Assembly: GCA_963851265.1 (NCBI GenBank)
Contig: CAWKNZ010000002.1
Span: 192,001 to 256,000 of the forward strand
DNA from: an uncultured Gemmatimonadales bacterium
GTDB lineage: Bacteria; Gemmatimonadota; Gemmatimonadetes; Gemmatimonadales; Gemmatimonadaceae
Direction: 5' to 3'
Length of the DNA stretch: 64,000 nt
Shown here: piece after piece, positions 61,004-64,000 of the stretch
Numbering within the stretch: the first letter of the stretch is position 1
Layout: every line of letters begins with the position of its first letter
Notes under the pieces: generated by a model
The model's database searches: none
Told to the model about the DNA's origin: nothing
What the model saw: the letters and a program-made list of their open reading frames with translations, nothing else
Program-made: the position numbers and the translations under genes

Positions 61004-61767
61004 GTGCCCGCCCCCCTCGTCTGCTTCTCGATCGACTACGAGCCCGACTGCCCTCCGTACCTCTCGAGCACCTTCCGCGGAGTCGAGGAGGCCACCACTC
61101 CCCTGCTCGCCATGCTCGCCGACCTCGGCGTCCCCGCGACCTGGTTCTCGACCGGTGACGTGGCAGAGCGCTACCCCGACGCCGTGCGCGCCATCGTCTC
61201 CGCCCCGGAGGGGCACGAACTCGGCTCCCACGGACACACGCACCGGCGGTTCGACGCACTCGGCGCCGACGACGCCCGCGACGAGATCGACCGCTCGAGC
61301 GCCGTCCTGCGTCGTTTCGCGCCGGTCGACTCGTTTCGCGCGCCCAACCTGACGTTCCCCGACGCATACCTGCCGCTGCTGGAGCGGGCCGGATATGCGC
61401 TCGACTCGTCGCACGCCAAGTACAAGGCGCCGTACTGGCGTGACCGCCGCCACCCCGCGCCGACCCGGCTGCGTCGGATCGCGGCGTCGGTGACGTCGAG
61501 CGTGCTGCGCCTGCCGCGCCCGGTGCGTGCCGCCTACTTCGCCGCGCTCGGCTCGCCGGTGGTGCTGTTCGTGCACCCGTGGGAGTTCGTGGACCTCACC
61601 CACACGGACCTGCGGCTCGATTGTCGGTTCAATACCGGCCCGGTCGCGTTCGCCCGGGTGCGGCAGGTGCTCGAGAGCTTCGCGCGGCGGGGCGCGCGCT
61701 TCGTGACCATGCGCGACGCGGCCCGCCTCACGGCGGGCGGCCGCACCGCACCGGCCCGAGGGCGTGA
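61004..61767 (+). CDS. Polysaccharide deacetylase family protein; expected stop is out of frame, so the ORF reads on to 62548
   Basis: FSIDYE, ATWF, HELGSHG.TH, FRAP, DSS and HPWE motifs. The domain ends near 61730. Confidence 0.75.
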
Positions 61768-61798
61768 GCTCCGCGGACAGGGGCGGGCGCGTGGCCGC

Positions 61799-61834
61799 GG
61801 CGACCCCGAGCGCGGGCGACCCCGAGCGCGGGCG
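61799..61834. repeat. 16-bp tandem duplication GGCGACCCCGAGCGCG x2
   Basis: Exact copies at 61799 and 61815. Confidence 0.85.
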
Positions 61835-61893
61835 CCCCGGGCGCCGCCGTACCGGGCGCGGAGGCCCGCCGGGGGAGGCGACTCTCGCCTCGC

Positions 61894-62958
61894 GTGCGGT
61901 TCGCGCTCTCCGCGGCCGCGTGGCTCGCCGGCACGGCGCTCGTCGTCCTCGCGCTCCGCGCCGTCGGATGGTCGGCGGCGATCGCCGCGGTCCGCCGCGC
62001 CCACCCACTCTGGCTCGCGCTGGCCGTGTGTTGCCACGGCTCGATCGTCTTCCTGTGGGCGTGGCAGACGTATGTGCTCCTGCCGCGCGGCGCCGACGGG
62101 CGCGCCGCGCCCGCGGCCGACGGCAGCCGCGTCACGTACGCGCGCTGCGCCGAGGTGCAGGCCCTCACTGCGACCGCGTCCAACACCGTGCCCGCCTTCC
62201 TCGGGCAGGCGACCGGCGTGGCGCTCCTCTCCGAGCGCGCCGGGATCGGCACCGCGGGCGCGCTCTCGGTGTTCGCGCAGCACAACCTCGTCGAGGGCTT
62301 CGCGAAGATCGGCGTGCTGTTCGCGGCGGCGCAGGTCGCCCCGCTGCCGCACTGGATGCGGGAGGCGCTCGTCGCGCTCGCGGGCGGGATGGTGCTGCTC
62401 ACCGCCGCGCTCGGCACCGCCGCCTGGTACGCGCGGCAGCACACGGCGCGGGCGGCCGCCTCGGGCGGCGCGCCCGTGCCTAACATCCCGCCCGAGGCCG
62501 ACCGGCGGCGCCGCGACCCGCTCGCCCGCTTCCGCGCCTTCGTGGTGAGTTGGGCGGCCACGCTCGACGCGCTCCGGCACCCGGGGCAGCTCGCGGCCGC
62601 GTTGGCGCTCGCCGCGTCCATGAAGCTCGCCGAGGCGGGCGGGTGGTGGGCCATCGAGCGCGCGTTCGACGTCGCGCCGCGGCGCGGCAGTCCGATCCTC
62701 GCGCTCGCGGCGACCAACCTCGCCTCCGCGATTCCGGCCTCCCCCGGCAACCTCGGCGTGTACGAAGGGGCCGCGTTCTCCGCGTACCACCTCCTGCTCG
62801 GGGTGCCGCGCGAGACGGCGATCGCGCTCGCCCTGCTGGGGCACGTGTGCTACCTCATTCCGCTCGTCGGGATCGGGTGGGCCATTCTGTCGGTGCGCCA
62901 GCTTGTCGCGTTCCGCGCCCGGCGCCACGGCCGCGCAGGCGCGCGGCCCACGCCTTGA
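61894..62958 (+). CDS. Lysylphosphatidylglycerol synthase TM / flippase-like membrane protein
   Basis: Multiple TM segments; N.VP..LG and IP.SPG.LG.YE motifs. Confidence 0.8.
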   Translation: MRFALSAAAWLAGTALVVLALRAVGWSAAIAAVRRAHPLWLALAVCCHGSIVFLWAWQTYVLLPRGADGRAAPAADGSRVTYARCAEVQALTATASNTVPAFLGQATGVALLSERAGIGTAGALSVFAQHNLVEGFAKIGVLFAAAQVAPLPHWMREALVALAGGMVLLTAALGTAAWYARQHTARAAASGGAPVPNIPPEADRRRRDPLARFRAFVVSWAATLDALRHPGQLAAALALAASMKLAEAGGWWAIERAFDVAPRRGSPILALAATNLASAIPASPGNLGVYEGAAFSAYHLLLGVPRETAIALALLGHVCYLIPLVGIGWAILSVRQLVAFRARRHGRAGARPTP

Positions 62959-63102
62959 GCGCACCCTAGGGCGCGTACGGCCGTAAGGCGCCCGGGTATG
63001 CGTAGGGCACCCGACCGCGGAGGTGCAGGTGCGGGGTCGGCTTCGGTATATATTCGGGTGACAGCGCGTAGCAACCGCGACGCGTCCTCACCCCGCCGTC
63101 CC

Positions 63103-63708
63103 ATGTCTGACGCCACTGTTGCCGCCGTCGCCTCGGTAGCCGTCGCCATCATCACGGCGGTCGTGGGTCCCGCCGTCCTCGCCCGGTACAAGGCGCGCCG
63201 CGCGGCCGCGCTGGGGCACGGGCGCCGCGGGCGGCCGCTCATTCCGGCGCGCCCGGGCGCGGCGGCCGCGACGGCGCGGCCGCCGCTGCACGCGCGCGGG
63301 ATGGGTCTAACGTTGCGCGCCGACGCGGGCGCGCTGCGCGGCGCGCCGCGCAGCGTCCTCCGCGAGGGTGGGCCGCGTGCGGTGCTGGCGCGGCTGGCCG
63401 AGATCCCGCCGCTGAGCCGGCGCGCGGTCGCACACGAACTGTTCGTCGGCCGTTGGGCCGACGAGTGGATGGGCGTCGTGCGCGACGTCCGCGAGAGCGA
63501 CTCGGGCTACTCCGTGCACGTGGTCGACCCGGACGACGGCGGCGCGGCGCTCCTCGACTTCGGCGCCGACGAGCGGCCGATGCTCGAATCGCTGCGCGAG
63601 GGCGACCGCGTGCGCTACGTGGGGCGGGTGACCGGGGCCGAGGACGGTTTCGTTATCCTCGACTCGCCCACCATCACGCGGGCGGGGTGGGTGTCGGGGG
63701 AGTGGTGA
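63103..63708 (+). CDS. Hypothetical protein with N-terminal TM helix and possible OB-fold C-terminus
   Basis: Hydrophobic N-terminus; W.G.VRDV...L.EGDRV.Y.GRV beta pattern. Confidence 0.55.
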   Translation: MSDATVAAVASVAVAIITAVVGPAVLARYKARRAAALGHGRRGRPLIPARPGAAAATARPPLHARGMGLTLRADAGALRGAPRSVLREGGPRAVLARLAEIPPLSRRAVAHELFVGRWADEWMGVVRDVRESDSGYSVHVVDPDDGGAALLDFGADERPMLESLREGDRVRYVGRVTGAEDGFVILDSPTITRAGWVSGEW

Positions 63709-64000
63709 GCGCCCCGCCGTTCGCGGCCGCGCGCCGCGCGATCACGCCGTACAGCGGATCGCCGCGGCGCGGCGCGTGCGCGCGCACCTCGGCCGCGTCG
63801 AATCCTCCCGCGGCGCGTGCGTACTCGGCGACGAGCTGCGTGTGCCCGCGGTCGTCGAGCGCCTGCCACGCGGCCACGGCCTTGGTCGGAAAGCAGCGGT
63901 TGGAGAACGTGACGACGAACGGCGCGCCCGGGCGGAGCACGCGTGCCACCTCCCGAAACACATCGACCGGGCGCACGAGGTACTGCACCGACACGCAGCA
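63674..64000 (-). CDS. Class I SAM-dependent methyltransferase (type 11), C-terminal part; start lies beyond the right edge
   Basis: VSVQYL.RP..VF.EV.RVLRPG...V.FSNRCFPTKAV..W motif. Confidence 0.85.
   Translation of the reverse strand, partial: CCVSVQYLVRPVDVFREVARVLRPGAPFVVTFSNRCFPTKAVAAWQALDDRGHTQLVAEYARAAGGFDAAEVRAHAPRRGDPLYGVIARRAAANGGALTTPPTPTPPA

Overview
This is very GC-rich (about 75%, estimated by eye), densely coding bacterial DNA. Gene content and style suggest Gemmatimonadota, Gemmatirosa-like (inference). From left to right it holds: a partial carbamoyltransferase and an SGNH/TPR protein; an L-arabinose/plant-glycan locus (GH2, GH29, GH127, sugar ABC transporter, araB, araD, GH51, LacI) with a perfect LacI-type operator but no araA; tsaC/sua5; a probable beta-1,2-glucan locus (frameshifted TonB-dependent receptor, GH144-like, GH3, ABC transporter); a receptor-less CheB/CheR/PAS/histidine-kinase island; a serB-like phosphatase and class V aminotransferase; an RND efflux operon whose first ORF is an in-frame TetR + signal peptide + TolC fusion; and assorted metabolic and envelope genes. 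I saw no rRNA, tRNA, CRISPR array or transposase. The standout observations are (1) a non-palindromic octamer GCCTAAC(G/A), found 29 times by eye on both strands and written into coding sequence through otherwise avoided TTA and CCT codons and stop codons, (2) the TetR-TolC fusion, and (3) the orphan CheB/CheR island with a possible self-methylated coiled coil. All family assignments come from motif recognition, not database searches, and all counts were made by eye.
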